Of a stretch of DNA of 64,000 nucleotides, positions 37,301-42,027 are shown one piece after another. The DNA lies in contig JAFXBC010000037.1 in NCBI GenBank assembly GCA_017516825.1, forward strand, positions 19,824 to 83,823. Reading direction: 5' to 3'. The notes beneath the pieces are model-generated. The model was not told where the DNA came from and did no database searches. It saw only the letters and a list, made by a program, of their open reading frames with translations. The position numbers and the translations under genes are program-made. Numbering within the stretch: the first letter of the stretch is position 1; each line of letters opens with the position of its first letter. The DNA comes from Clostridia bacterium (GTDB lineage: Bacteria > Bacillota > Clostridia > Oscillospirales > CAG-382).

Positions 37301-39772
37301 GCGCTCTACATACCATTCTGCCGTTCGGGTTTCATCGGCACACCCTTGGCACCAATAATAGCCCATTCTGGAAAAGGTATAGTGACCGGCAGCGATCTCT
37401 TTCAAAAGCACTTCTTCGCAAGCGGAGAATAGTGCAACTGCTTCTTCGAAGTTGCTTTGCCCTTTTTGCCAGCTGGAAATGCTGGACGCACCGTGCGCTG
37501 CATTGATGACCCAAACCTTTTCGCCGGTCTGCTTCACCCATTCGTAGGCAAGACCGCTGTCCATGCCATATTTGCCGTTCCCCGCCTCGGTAAGGGAGTT
37601 TACGGGATATTCACCTAACTTCGTATTATTGCCATTGATATTTACGGTGCTGTAAGTACCTGTCAATGCGGAAGGGACGTAATTTCTTGCGTTTTCCACA
37701 GTTAAGCCGGCGTCGCCGACAAGGCCGTTTGCCTTGGCGTAGGTGGAATATACCTGGCCGTTTTCGCAGGCAATAGATTGATTGGCTACGCCAACCATGC
37801 CTTCGGCGTTGCTCTGCCCGATGAGAAGCAGCAGGGAAATGGGCGCCGCCTTGACGGTGACGGTGTAGGTCACGCCGTCGATCTTGACCTTGGCCGCGCC
37901 GATGCCCGTGGCGATCAGCTTGTCACCGTCCAAGGTGACCACAGCGGTGTCAAGAGTACCCTCCGCCACGCCGTAACCCACCTGATAAGAGGTAGGCTTG
38001 CCCGAGTCGATGATCTCAACCTCTTTCCCCGACACGTCGTAACGATCGTCATAGGAAAGGGAGAGGGAGGTGTCCTCACAAACCAGAAGGTATTCCAATT
38101 TACAATCGTTCAGCGGAGCGGAGTCCGTCCCCAGGTAGCCGAAGGAGAAATCCTTCCCGGAGACCCAGTTCGACGTAGTGTTCTGGGCCTTGCTTCCCAC
38201 GAAGTAGTTGTTCATGGGCAGGGCTTCGCCGCCGTCCAGGGACAGGTAGATCATATTACTGCCGTCTGCGGCAATGCGGTTTTCCAGACGGAAGGTGTGG
38301 GTGCCTGCGTCCAAGGCGGAAAGATCCACGCCGTAGTTATCGTATTGAGAACCGCTCCATGCACCGAAGCACAGTTGTCCGCCCTTGGTGCGGGAGAGGT
38401 AGTATTTGCCCACGGTGGCGGTGATGGGTGCGGAGGTCAGGATAGCACCCCGCCAATCTCCGCCGCACTTCCATTCCAGAACCCAGGGACGGTCGTGCTT
38501 CAGCACCATGGGGATGGCCGCTTGGTATCTGCCACCTGTAATCACCCCGTCCGTGACGGTTCCCGCAAGGGCGGTCAGGGCGTTTTCGTCTCCCAAAGAG
38601 CGCAGGGAGGAACCCTCCATTTCCCAGCGGAAGTGCAAGGGGGTGCGGTCTGCTTTTGCAGTGATGACCAGATCACCCGTCACCTTTGAGACGGTAATCT
38701 TCCCGTCGGCGTATGCCGTTTGGGTAATATCCTCGCCGCCCATGGTGACGGTGACGCTAAGGTTGGAATAGCCCGGTTCGGGAGTGAGAGTAGCCTTGTA
38801 AGCCTCCCCCGTGATGGCCGCGGCGGCGGGATGGTCGGTGGTAACTCCATCGTATTCCCCGGTGACCTCCTGCAAGGTCACCTCTCTCCCCAGCATGACG
38901 CTGAGAAGCTCCTCGGAGATCCGATCCATGCCCTCTGCGTTGGGATGGGCGCGCTTGTCACCCATAAGACTATCAAAAATTTCCACGTCCTTGGGGATTG
39001 CCTTTTCCAGATCCACCACGGGGTAACCGAAGTGGGCGGCAACCTCCCAAAGCTGGGCGCTGTATTCCGTGGGCTGTCCCGCGTCGGGATAGCTGTCCCC
39101 GGTGTAGTCCACCTCCCGCCGTGCGGTGGAGGTGATGCAGTAGATCTCCGCTTCGGGGTAGCGGGTAGCGGCTTTGTGCAGGGTGATGGCGTAGGCCTCG
39201 CAGGTGGTGGTGGGCTCGGCGTAGGTATAGCTGCCGTCCCCGTTGGCCTTGATCAGGGCGTCGTAATCCACGTCTGCCGCCTTGCCGTAGGTGTCCTTGT
39301 AGTAGGCAAAGTCGTTGCCGCCGATGTACACCCAGATGATATCCGGCTCTTCTCCCGTGTGGTCGTTGTGGAGGTTCACCGCTCTGTCCTTGTAGGCGAC
39401 GGAGGCCTCTCCCTTGCGGGGCTGCAGAACGCAGGAGCCGCTCCAGGAGTTGTTCACCAGCAGGCGCATATCCAGAACGTCAATGACCTGTTGCCACCAG
39501 GTGTCCTCACGGTAGACACCATGTCTGCCCTCGGTGTAGTAAACGTCATTCTTACCGATAGTGGAGTTGTCCGCCGTATTGTTGGAGACCCCGTCGTAGG
39601 TAGAAGCGCTGTGGCTGAGAATGGAAACGGTCTTCCCGCGGAAAGAATCCACGGAAACCGCTGTCGCTTGCGTCTCCGCCGTCAGCTCTTGTGCCAGTGC
39701 TATGAAAGCATTCAGCGGCAGGGAGGTGACCAGCATCAGCAGGGTGAGCAGAAATGAGAGTGTACGTTTCAT
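25343..39772 (-). CDS. Giant (4809 aa) secreted multi-domain carbohydrate-esterase-like protein with Cys-rich module array and C-terminal dockerin
   Basis: Uninterrupted ORF with GGAGG SD 7 nt upstream and signal peptide MKRTLSFLLTLLMLVTSLPLNAFIALA. SGNH blocks (SILSHSAS/NNSWSGS/GGND/DKRAHPN and SILSASTS/NDSWAGS/GGGND/DDIHPN). Two SASA-type domains (IGQSNAEG..AAHGASSISSW..YWCQGCADE and IGQSNMRG..AAHGGTSITTW..FWCQGCSD). A DUF4886-like LCIGNSHT domain, LamG-like and BspA-like LRR segments, repeats and a dockerin. Confidence 0.85.
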   Translation of the reverse strand: MKRTLSFLLTLLMLVTSLPLNAFIALAQELTAETQATAVSVDSFRGKTVSILSHSASTYDGVSNNTADNSTIGKNDVYYTEGRHGVYREDTWWQQVIDVLDMRLLVNNSWSGSCVLQPRKGEASVAYKDRAVNLHNDHTGEEPDIIWVYIGGNDFAYYKDTYGKAADVDYDALIKANGDGSYTYAEPTTTCEAYAITLHKAATRYPEAEIYCITSTARREVDYTGDSYPDAGQPTEYSAQLWEVAAHFGYPVVDLEKAIPKDVEIFDSLMGDKRAHPNAEGMDRISEELLSVMLGREVTLQEVTGEYDGVTTDHPAAAAITGEAYKATLTPEPGYSNLSVTVTMGGEDITQTAYADGKITVSKVTGDLVITAKADRTPLHFRWEMEGSSLRSLGDENALTALAGTVTDGVITGGRYQAAIPMVLKHDRPWVLEWKCGGDWRGAILTSAPITATVGKYYLSRTKGGQLCFGAWSGSQYDNYGVDLSALDAGTHTFRLENRIAADGSNMIYLSLDGGEALPMNNYFVGSKAQNTTSNWVSGKDFSFGYLGTDSAPLNDCKLEYLLVCEDTSLSLSYDDRYDVSGKEVEIIDSGKPTSYQVGYGVAEGTLDTAVVTLDGDKLIATGIGAAKVKIDGVTYTVTVKAAPISLLLLIGQSNAEGMVGVANQSIACENGQVYSTYAKANGLVGDAGLTVENARNYVPSALTGTYSTVNINGNNTKLGEYPVNSLTEAGNGKYGMDSGLAYEWVKQTGEKVWVINAAHGASSISSWQKGQSNFEEAVALFSACEEVLLKEIAAGHYTFSRMGYYWCQGCADETRTAEWYVERYTAMHDALKEALAFDATINESTDKVTFEFGNIILVMAGHENAVGYRHGTYEDSSEAFFATFKELEMRGPRVAQIWMANNPELEDIHIVSTIAQDWVTMPDGSDGVAEYFAAHYENGTIDYPTQTKQGDAWYKPTAPAEVKNSIHYYQKGYNEVGREAARNTMYILGLKEKPDVQTRVEFVDWTGYKSVTQIKSSNVANSETLVVPVVYPCYESKSVTYTLSEGTQYHYYDLTVSGFRGGTLSASVGGKTVSVAGKESYNSYRFELKDNELVSVSGAGFTENTLKQAVSTQQVYKLAENIILQHDKEWRVDFYAEDSTRFMALSTAASSVAGQFYIFKSQSGTGVLSVGEYKDGKYQNYGVLQSQVKIDWTKPHVYSFRNAVTEDGTNTIGIYIDDVWVSSTTTLIIDGAIQNQNNRYLSGKDFVFPYIGASGFALGNNQILWMEIHENTSLSLSYDDRYDVTGKEVEIIDAGVPTSYQVGYGVAEGTLDTAVITLNGNKLIATGIGTAKVKIDGVTYTVTVKAAPISLLLLIGQSNMRGSEGDPNQSIVCPDGMVYSTYGDDRGASNTAMTVNNATSFAPSALTGPGSLLNVNGNTDCLGGYPLNSLTAEGAGRMGPDSGFAYEWVKQTGEKVWVVNAAHGGTSITTWQKGKANYEEALLLFGACQETLRKEIAAGHYTLSHMGYFWCQGCSDRTQTAKWYVEKYLAMHENLKKDLAFDEDTTFEFGGIIPVRVGSTAACYRDGVQTATNSYAYHESFVDLRMNGPRVAQYWMINNPALSDIWGVCNIGDDWVWMPDGTNGVEAYFNAHYENGRVDYTTQVAQKESWYTPTTPKAVHDSIHYNQIGYNEIGRESVRNALILLGVLEAPETEPTVEFVSWDGFTPVESIDANTTPGSETLVVPLVSPIWRSKEVTYSLSDSLTWEYYDLLAVSDTQSGTLSSPYTNQTVTVSGHAWSAWETVFKPTPEGAGQEKRVCTDCGIVQTRVLKGVWQLYDLASHMQTMPEEYCKDTNLWAVLEHDPYYFASGTRWSIYSSGEVPSVTIPVEPGDKIFATSFGKAVENGHATSNGIRVTFFGEYGVVKTMDPAGTYKEFSANGGYLIAPEGAIAINVAMWNGSDDNELYVLNRDHVYENGACAGCGCTPSLLEGHLQQLPENLCKKTNLWTALTPENIYYTVDGWGLFSNAPDVHSVTFPVKEGERVWASSFGNLPENGNGTRITWFDENGVLETVARDVVYAEFTKNGYITVPAGAITLNVPMPSADQKYAIYLLDRDHVYQNGTCAGCGKQEPKPESFDGKVISILSASTSTFEGYTPVADGFNLDHRDRYPQDNLLTHVNDTWWMQTIQELNAKLGINDSWAGSQVLNTQDTNSGDLGPDAAMASITRIKNLGSNGTPDVILFFGGGNDMGRGVALGSFDPATAPTEVDLTATKWESFADAYVAAIMRLQYFYPEAKILAMTSYPMPSYVTQAKLDKYGPVVQAICDHYGVEYLSLQDCGVTFEMLPDDIHPNAEGMDYITAAVVEKLTDTFVLPAGETVVHTVTHSLSQAKASLGYYKGISAGKSFEETLTGEDLAVTVTMGGVDITATAYKNGVISIPAVTGDLVITAKGKFTADGHLQQLPEVYCPATNLWQALTPEKIYYTASGWGNTSAGDSWSITFPVKEGDRIWATSFGAYPDNGSTANGVRITWFGENGVLQTLSRDVVYAEFAKNGYVTAPAGAVALNVPMTGNQAHYAVYILSAEHSYSNGICTACGEKEPLIPVGWSPVPLSTEKNSDHLAYKLENGVLIFHDFGNSSMEDYGRLPDYTNSDDQLSRYSITEWYQSRADIHAVRFDETISYVGQYTLTNMDKISEIRIDNPTATVAVHAVLFSTTDRKEPLEIYAASTLNTTESWIRGNGYRKISAAVSKVTMFYTDLAHLAPALSELESALQNAEAASPSLLYEALALVKDVPQNTYNLSDYTPAIPGAESTLAFLWDLTSGFCGESVTYRITAGEEKGTFKLSLQGDGSMTAYAKQSDVPWNVVMDAITDVTIEDGVNGFCDLALPGTATYRMHLNSPAYAYAAEKGLTIRLETLRILCIGNSHTVDYSEFLPSILKDLQNAGLETDFVISKATIGSIGLYSGRNSNINATHRSHLEALQNSAGAYKSLKNNRYDLIIIQDYMESVVDDPQTFAAGLATFIQAVRTVSEGQGTPEIAWFTDWVDIRSTGGDSALYDGNGNKIYLEVLSREQVYEKSLANIAYVEKAIAAGTPNMPDFVIHASTIKQNAMSSYLGASKLYDKNAYCLLERDTTHLTYELGRYLMGAGVLSELINHYSHVLDIDGGSLNVGNALTVENGPAATGTGSQYTGAVNEEILSIIREAISSPLQFKPSVYTQDPVDKFLQSVEEMEWNPTGEPEKEAALQLLKDRIQASFGSMVESYTVEMVSYASPYDFTFSIHVTHGYTIRKESFTIHICHYTATVTPPTCTEKGYTTYTCECGDSYVAEEVAATGHSYKATVTKPTCTAEGYTTYTCHCGDSYVADKVPATGHSFSNWETTKEATCTANGEQRRDCKNCDHYETKVIAATGHSYTSVVTKPTCTTEGYTTYTCHCGDSYVADKTPATGHTFGEWTTTEEATCTANGEQRRDCKNCDHFETRAIPATGHSYKATVTKPSCTAEGYTTYTCHCGDSYVADKVSATGHSFGAWETVKEATCTANGEQRRECKNCDHFETKVIAATGHSYKATVTKPTCTAEGYTTYTCHCGDSYVADIVPATGHSFGEWTTTKEATCTADGEQRRDCKNCDHYETKIIPATGHGYKATVTKPTCTTEGYTTYTCHCGDTYVADKTPATGHTFGEWTTTKEATCTANGEQRRDCANCDHYETKVIAATGHSYKTTVTAPTCTAEGFTTYTCHCGDSYVADKVPATGHSFGEWTTIKEATCTANGEQRRDCKNCDHFETKAIPATGHSYKATITKPTCTTEGYTTYTCHCGDSYVANKTPATGHSFGEWATTKEATCTVNGEQRRDCANCDHFETKTIAATGHSYTSVVTKPTCTAEGYTTYTCHCGDSYVADKVPAKGHTFGEWTTTKEATCTANGEQRRDCKNCDHFETKDIPATGHSYQAKVTKPTCTTEGYTTYTCHCGDSYVADKVPATGHSFGEWATTKEATCTANGEQRRDCKNCDHFETKVMSATGHSYKATVTKSTCTAEGYTTYACHCGDSYVADKTPATGHSFGNWETVKEATCTANGEQRRDCANCDHFETKVMSATGHSYKATVTKPTCTAEGYTTYTCHCGDSYVADKVPALGHTWDGGVVTKEPTEEAEGTKLYTCTACGETKTEVIPALDHVHRYETTVTQPTCTTEGYTTYTCRCGDTYVADKVPALGHNYQATITKPTCTTEGFTTYTCHCGDSYVADKVPALGHDYQATVTKPTCTTEGFTTYTCHCGNSYVADKTPATGHTWDGGVVTKESTEETEGTKLYTCTACGETRTEVIPTLDHVHRYEVAVTKPTCTTEGYTTYTCRCGDSYVADKVPALGHDYQATVTKPTCTEGGYTTYTCHCGDSYVADKAPATGHTWDGGVVAKEPTEEAEGSKLYTCTVCGETKTEVIPTLDHVHRYEATITKPTCTTEGYTTYTCACGDSYVADKVPATGHSFGEWQTVTEATCIDGGTERRDCKNCDHYETKDIPATGHSYQATITKPTCTEDGYTTYTCHCGDTYVADKVPATGHDYDSVVTNPTCTEKGYVTYTCHCGDNYVGNYTPATGHAWDGGVVTQEPTEDTTGTKVFTCTTCGEIKEEILPKLEHVHRYTAVVTDPTCTEQGYTTYTCHCGDSYVADKTPATGHTYGEWTTAKEATCTVNGEQRRECANCDHYETKVIAATGHKHEGVVTEPTCTEKGFTTYKCHCGDTYVDNYVDPTGHAWTEWHDTTPGKEERSCTACGKTESRDKTPAYDVDGNGVVDQADVELLMSILVGNTETETLYDFDFDGVLTIYDCVLLMQQLS
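25346..25501 (-). other. Type-I-like dockerin module (C-terminus of giant protein)
   Basis: YDVDGNGVVDQADVELLMSILVG...DFDFDGVLTIYDCVLLMQQLS: two Ca-binding-loop plus helix segments (DxDxDGxxxxxD). Confidence 0.7.
25502..29925 (-). repeat. In-frame tandem array of ~36-39-aa cysteine-rich modules (~39 modules, ~4.4 kb)
   Basis: Hand count gives 22 type A (TKPTCTxEGYTTYTCHCGDSYVADKxPATGHS), 12 type B (GEWTTTKEATCTANGEQRRDCKNCDHxETKxIxATGHSY) and 5 type C (GHTWDGGVVTKEPTEEAEGTKLYTCTACGETKTEVIPxLDHVHRY). The A+B pairs form ~228-nt DNA repeats. Confidence 0.85.
35696..35962 (-). repeat. 267-bp intragenic direct repeat, copy 2 (Big_2-like segment)
   Basis: Nearly identical by eye to 37811-38077 (offset 2115 bp). 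Encodes ...YDDRYDV(S/T)GKEVEIID.G.PTSYQVGYGVAEGTLDTAV.TL.G.KLIATGIG.AKVKIDGVTYTVTVKAAPISLLLLIGQSN. Confidence 0.8.
37811..38077 (-). repeat. 267-bp intragenic direct repeat, copy 1
   Basis: See 35696-35962. Confidence 0.8.
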
Positions 39773-39816
39773 ATAGAACCTCCGATTTCAGGAGAATTAA
39801 TTACGAGATTTCCTAT

Positions 39817-39845
39817 ATTGTATCACCAAGCGCCAAAAAATGCAA
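39817..39845 (-). promoter_or_regulatory. Candidate sigma-A promoter of the giant gene (TTGCAT-17-TACAAT)
   Basis: Minus strand has TTGCAT (39845-39840), a 17-nt spacer and TACAAT (39822-39817). Confidence 0.5.
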
Positions 39846-39863
39846 CCCGAATGGGGAGTTTTG

Positions 39864-39897
39864 TGCAAAAAAAGCACCCCGCCTTTGGGCAGGGTGC
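39864..39897 (-). terminator. Intrinsic terminator of the transglutaminase-like gene
   Basis: Minus strand GGCACCCTGCCCAAAGGCGGGGTGC followed by TTTTTTTG. Confidence 0.6.
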
Positions 39898-39928
39898 CAA
39901 AAAATGAGGGCTGTTTTTGGGCAGAACG

Positions 39929-41479
39929 TCAAGTCTTTGCCTGTACGATCTGCAGAAGCAAAACGCAGTCGTAAACGGTGAGAACGCCGTCGCCGTCCAA
40001 GTCAAAAAGGGTGTCGGACTCCGCGTTGCCCACCAGGAGCTCCAGAAGAAGCTGTACGTCGGCTTCCGTGGTGACGCCGTCCCCGTCGACGTCGTAAGCG
40101 GGAGCCTTGTCCCGGGTCTCCGTTTTCCCGCAGAGGTCACAAACACGCTCCTCCTTGCCGGGGGCAACCTCCGTCCATTCCCCGAAGGGATGGTCGATCA
40201 CGGGGGAGTAGTCTTCCGCATAGCTGTGGCCGCAGGTCTCGCAGGTGTAAAGAGTGTAGCCTTCCTCGGTACAGGTGGGGAAGAACACCTCCGTGGTATA
40301 GCTGTGACCGAAGGCGGGCTGTACCTCACCTTGATAGCTCATCCCGCAAGCACAGGTGAAGACGGTGTAGCCGTCCTTGGTGCAGGTGGGAGGGGTGACG
40401 ATGGATTCGAAAATATGGATATGCTCCACGGAGGGATCGTACTTTTCCGGGAACAGGGTGGGATACTCCAGCATCACCTTTCCGTTGCCGTAGAAATCCC
40501 CCTGGGCAACGTGGGATTGGTTAAAGGTGATCTTGGTGAAATGCTCGGGGACGGATTCCCCGCCCACCAGGAAGAAATCGTAGAAAATACCGCTGGTCTG
40601 GTCGTCCCAGGTGACGTCAACGGCGTACCAGTTGCCGTCCTCCATCTGCACCGCGTTCCAGGCGTGAGCTTCTGCGCCCTTGTCGGTGTAGCCCGCACCG
40701 GTGACGATGATGCAGGGGATATTCATCCGATTGCAGAACAGCTTGAAGGCCTTTGCGTAGCCCTCACAAACGGACAGCCCCTCCAACAGAGGGCCCACCA
40801 CGTTGTGAGCGTTCTTGCCGTCTACGTAGCTGACGGTTTGGCAAAGATGATCGTGGAAAAATTTCAGCTCGTCGTAGACGGAATATTCGGGATAGAACTC
40901 CAGGGAAGACTCCAGGGAGGTCATCACGTCCAACACTTGGGTCAGGGCTTGCCGGTAGCTCTCTTTGTCAAAATTGCCGGAGCTTTCGGGGTTGCACTGA
41001 ATGGTGATGGAGGAGACTTGGTTCCCCGCTATGGAAAGGCTTCCTCCGTATTGCACGCCCTTCATCCAGAACAGCAAGGGGTCGTCCAGCGAGGCGGCGG
41101 CGTAGGCGGGAAGCACCTGGGAGGCGATGAAGTCCATGACCTGCTGCTGGAACTCCTGGGTAGGACCCTCCGCGGGCAGGATGAAGGTGGGAATCTCCGA
41201 GGTCTCCAGGGTGAAGGCGGGATCTCCGGGCAGGGTGTTGCACACCGCCTCGTAGATGGTTCTCTGGAGATCGCTTTCCAGCTGGTCGTAATACGAATGA
41301 GAGGTGAAGGCCGCGTCCGTGTCGATGGGCTCAACGGTTCCGTAGGCCAAACGCTCCGAGGCGTAGGCCGTATCCAGGTGATATACCCTTTCCCCCTCTG
41401 CAAAAACGGGCAGAGATTGGAACAGCATCACCAAAAGCAAGCAGACTGGGAGAAGGCGGACTTTGAAAAAACGTTTCAT
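39929..41479 (-). CDS. Secreted transglutaminase-like (papain-fold) protein with Cys-rich modules and dockerin
   Basis: Start moved to ATG 41479 (MKRFFKVRLLPVCLLLVMLFQSLPVFA) with AAGGAG SD. Core CEGYAKAFKLFC...AHAWNAV...YAVDVTWDD is the Cys-His-Asp transglutaminase-core pattern. The C-terminus has 2 type A and 1 type C module plus dockerin YDVDGDGVTTEADVQLLLELLVG...DLDGDGVLTVYDCVLLLQ (39932-40096). Confidence 0.7.
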   Translation of the reverse strand: MKRFFKVRLLPVCLLLVMLFQSLPVFAEGERVYHLDTAYASERLAYGTVEPIDTDAAFTSHSYYDQLESDLQRTIYEAVCNTLPGDPAFTLETSEIPTFILPAEGPTQEFQQQVMDFIASQVLPAYAAASLDDPLLFWMKGVQYGGSLSIAGNQVSSITIQCNPESSGNFDKESYRQALTQVLDVMTSLESSLEFYPEYSVYDELKFFHDHLCQTVSYVDGKNAHNVVGPLLEGLSVCEGYAKAFKLFCNRMNIPCIIVTGAGYTDKGAEAHAWNAVQMEDGNWYAVDVTWDDQTSGIFYDFFLVGGESVPEHFTKITFNQSHVAQGDFYGNGKVMLEYPTLFPEKYDPSVEHIHIFESIVTPPTCTKDGYTVFTCACGMSYQGEVQPAFGHSYTTEVFFPTCTEEGYTLYTCETCGHSYAEDYSPVIDHPFGEWTEVAPGKEERVCDLCGKTETRDKAPAYDVDGDGVTTEADVQLLLELLVGNAESDTLFDLDGDGVLTVYDCVLLLQIVQAKT

Positions 41480-41515
41480 AGCGGTCGCTCCTTTTATGTT
41501 TACGTGTACGAATTC

Positions 41516-41544
41516 AGTATACTCCTTTGAGAAAGGTTTGTCAA
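41516..41544 (-). promoter_or_regulatory. Candidate sigma-A promoter (TTGACA-17-TATACT)
   Basis: Minus strand has TTGACA (41544-41539), a 17-nt spacer and TATACT (41521-41516). Confidence 0.5.
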
Positions 41545-41545
41545 G

Positions 41546-41577
41546 GAAAAAACACAAAACCGTCCCGGGGGACGGTT
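41546..41577 (-). terminator. Intrinsic terminator of the low-GC two-gene cassette
   Basis: ccgtccc/gggacgg hairpin, followed on the minus strand by TTTTGTGTTTTTTCC. Confidence 0.6.
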
Positions 41578-41595
41578 TTGAAACGTTTTGGATGC

Positions 41596-42027
41596 TTATT
41601 CTGCGATAGCGGCGGGACCGTGCTTGTCGTGCGTATCAAAGCTGTCGTATTTATTGCAGAAACGCTCAAAATCACTGAATAGATCTTCATAATGCAAGTA
41701 GAAACCGGTGGCGGACAGCATACCGTCATTAAAAAGATCATAGATCGATGCTTCCAACTGTAAACGGAGCGCTTCGTTTTCTTGATCGAACTCCGTTTCT
41801 TCGTACGCCACAAACGCCGTTTTCAAGGCACATTCCCATGCACTGATGTAGAGTGCATCTTCCTCCGATTCTCGGAGTGTTTCGTAGAGGGCAATCATTT
41901 CCGCCACGGGGAGCTCCGTTTCGTGCGGTTGGGGCTTTTGGAACAGGTACAACACCCACCCCGTTGAGAGACCCGCCACCGCTAACACGGCGAGGGTGAT
42001 GGAAAGAGCCTTCTTAAAAGGTGTCAT
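41596..42027 (-). CDS. Small N-terminally membrane-anchored hypothetical protein
   Basis: Start ATG 42027 (MTPFKKALSITLAVLAVAGLSTGWVLYLF) overlaps the upstream stop (ATGA). 143 aa, acidic helical-looking ectodomain, no family recognised. Confidence 0.5.
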   Translation of the reverse strand: MTPFKKALSITLAVLAVAGLSTGWVLYLFQKPQPHETELPVAEMIALYETLRESEEDALYISAWECALKTAFVAYEETEFDQENEALRLQLEASIYDLFNDGMLSATGFYLHYEDLFSDFERFCNKYDSFDTHDKHGPAAIAE

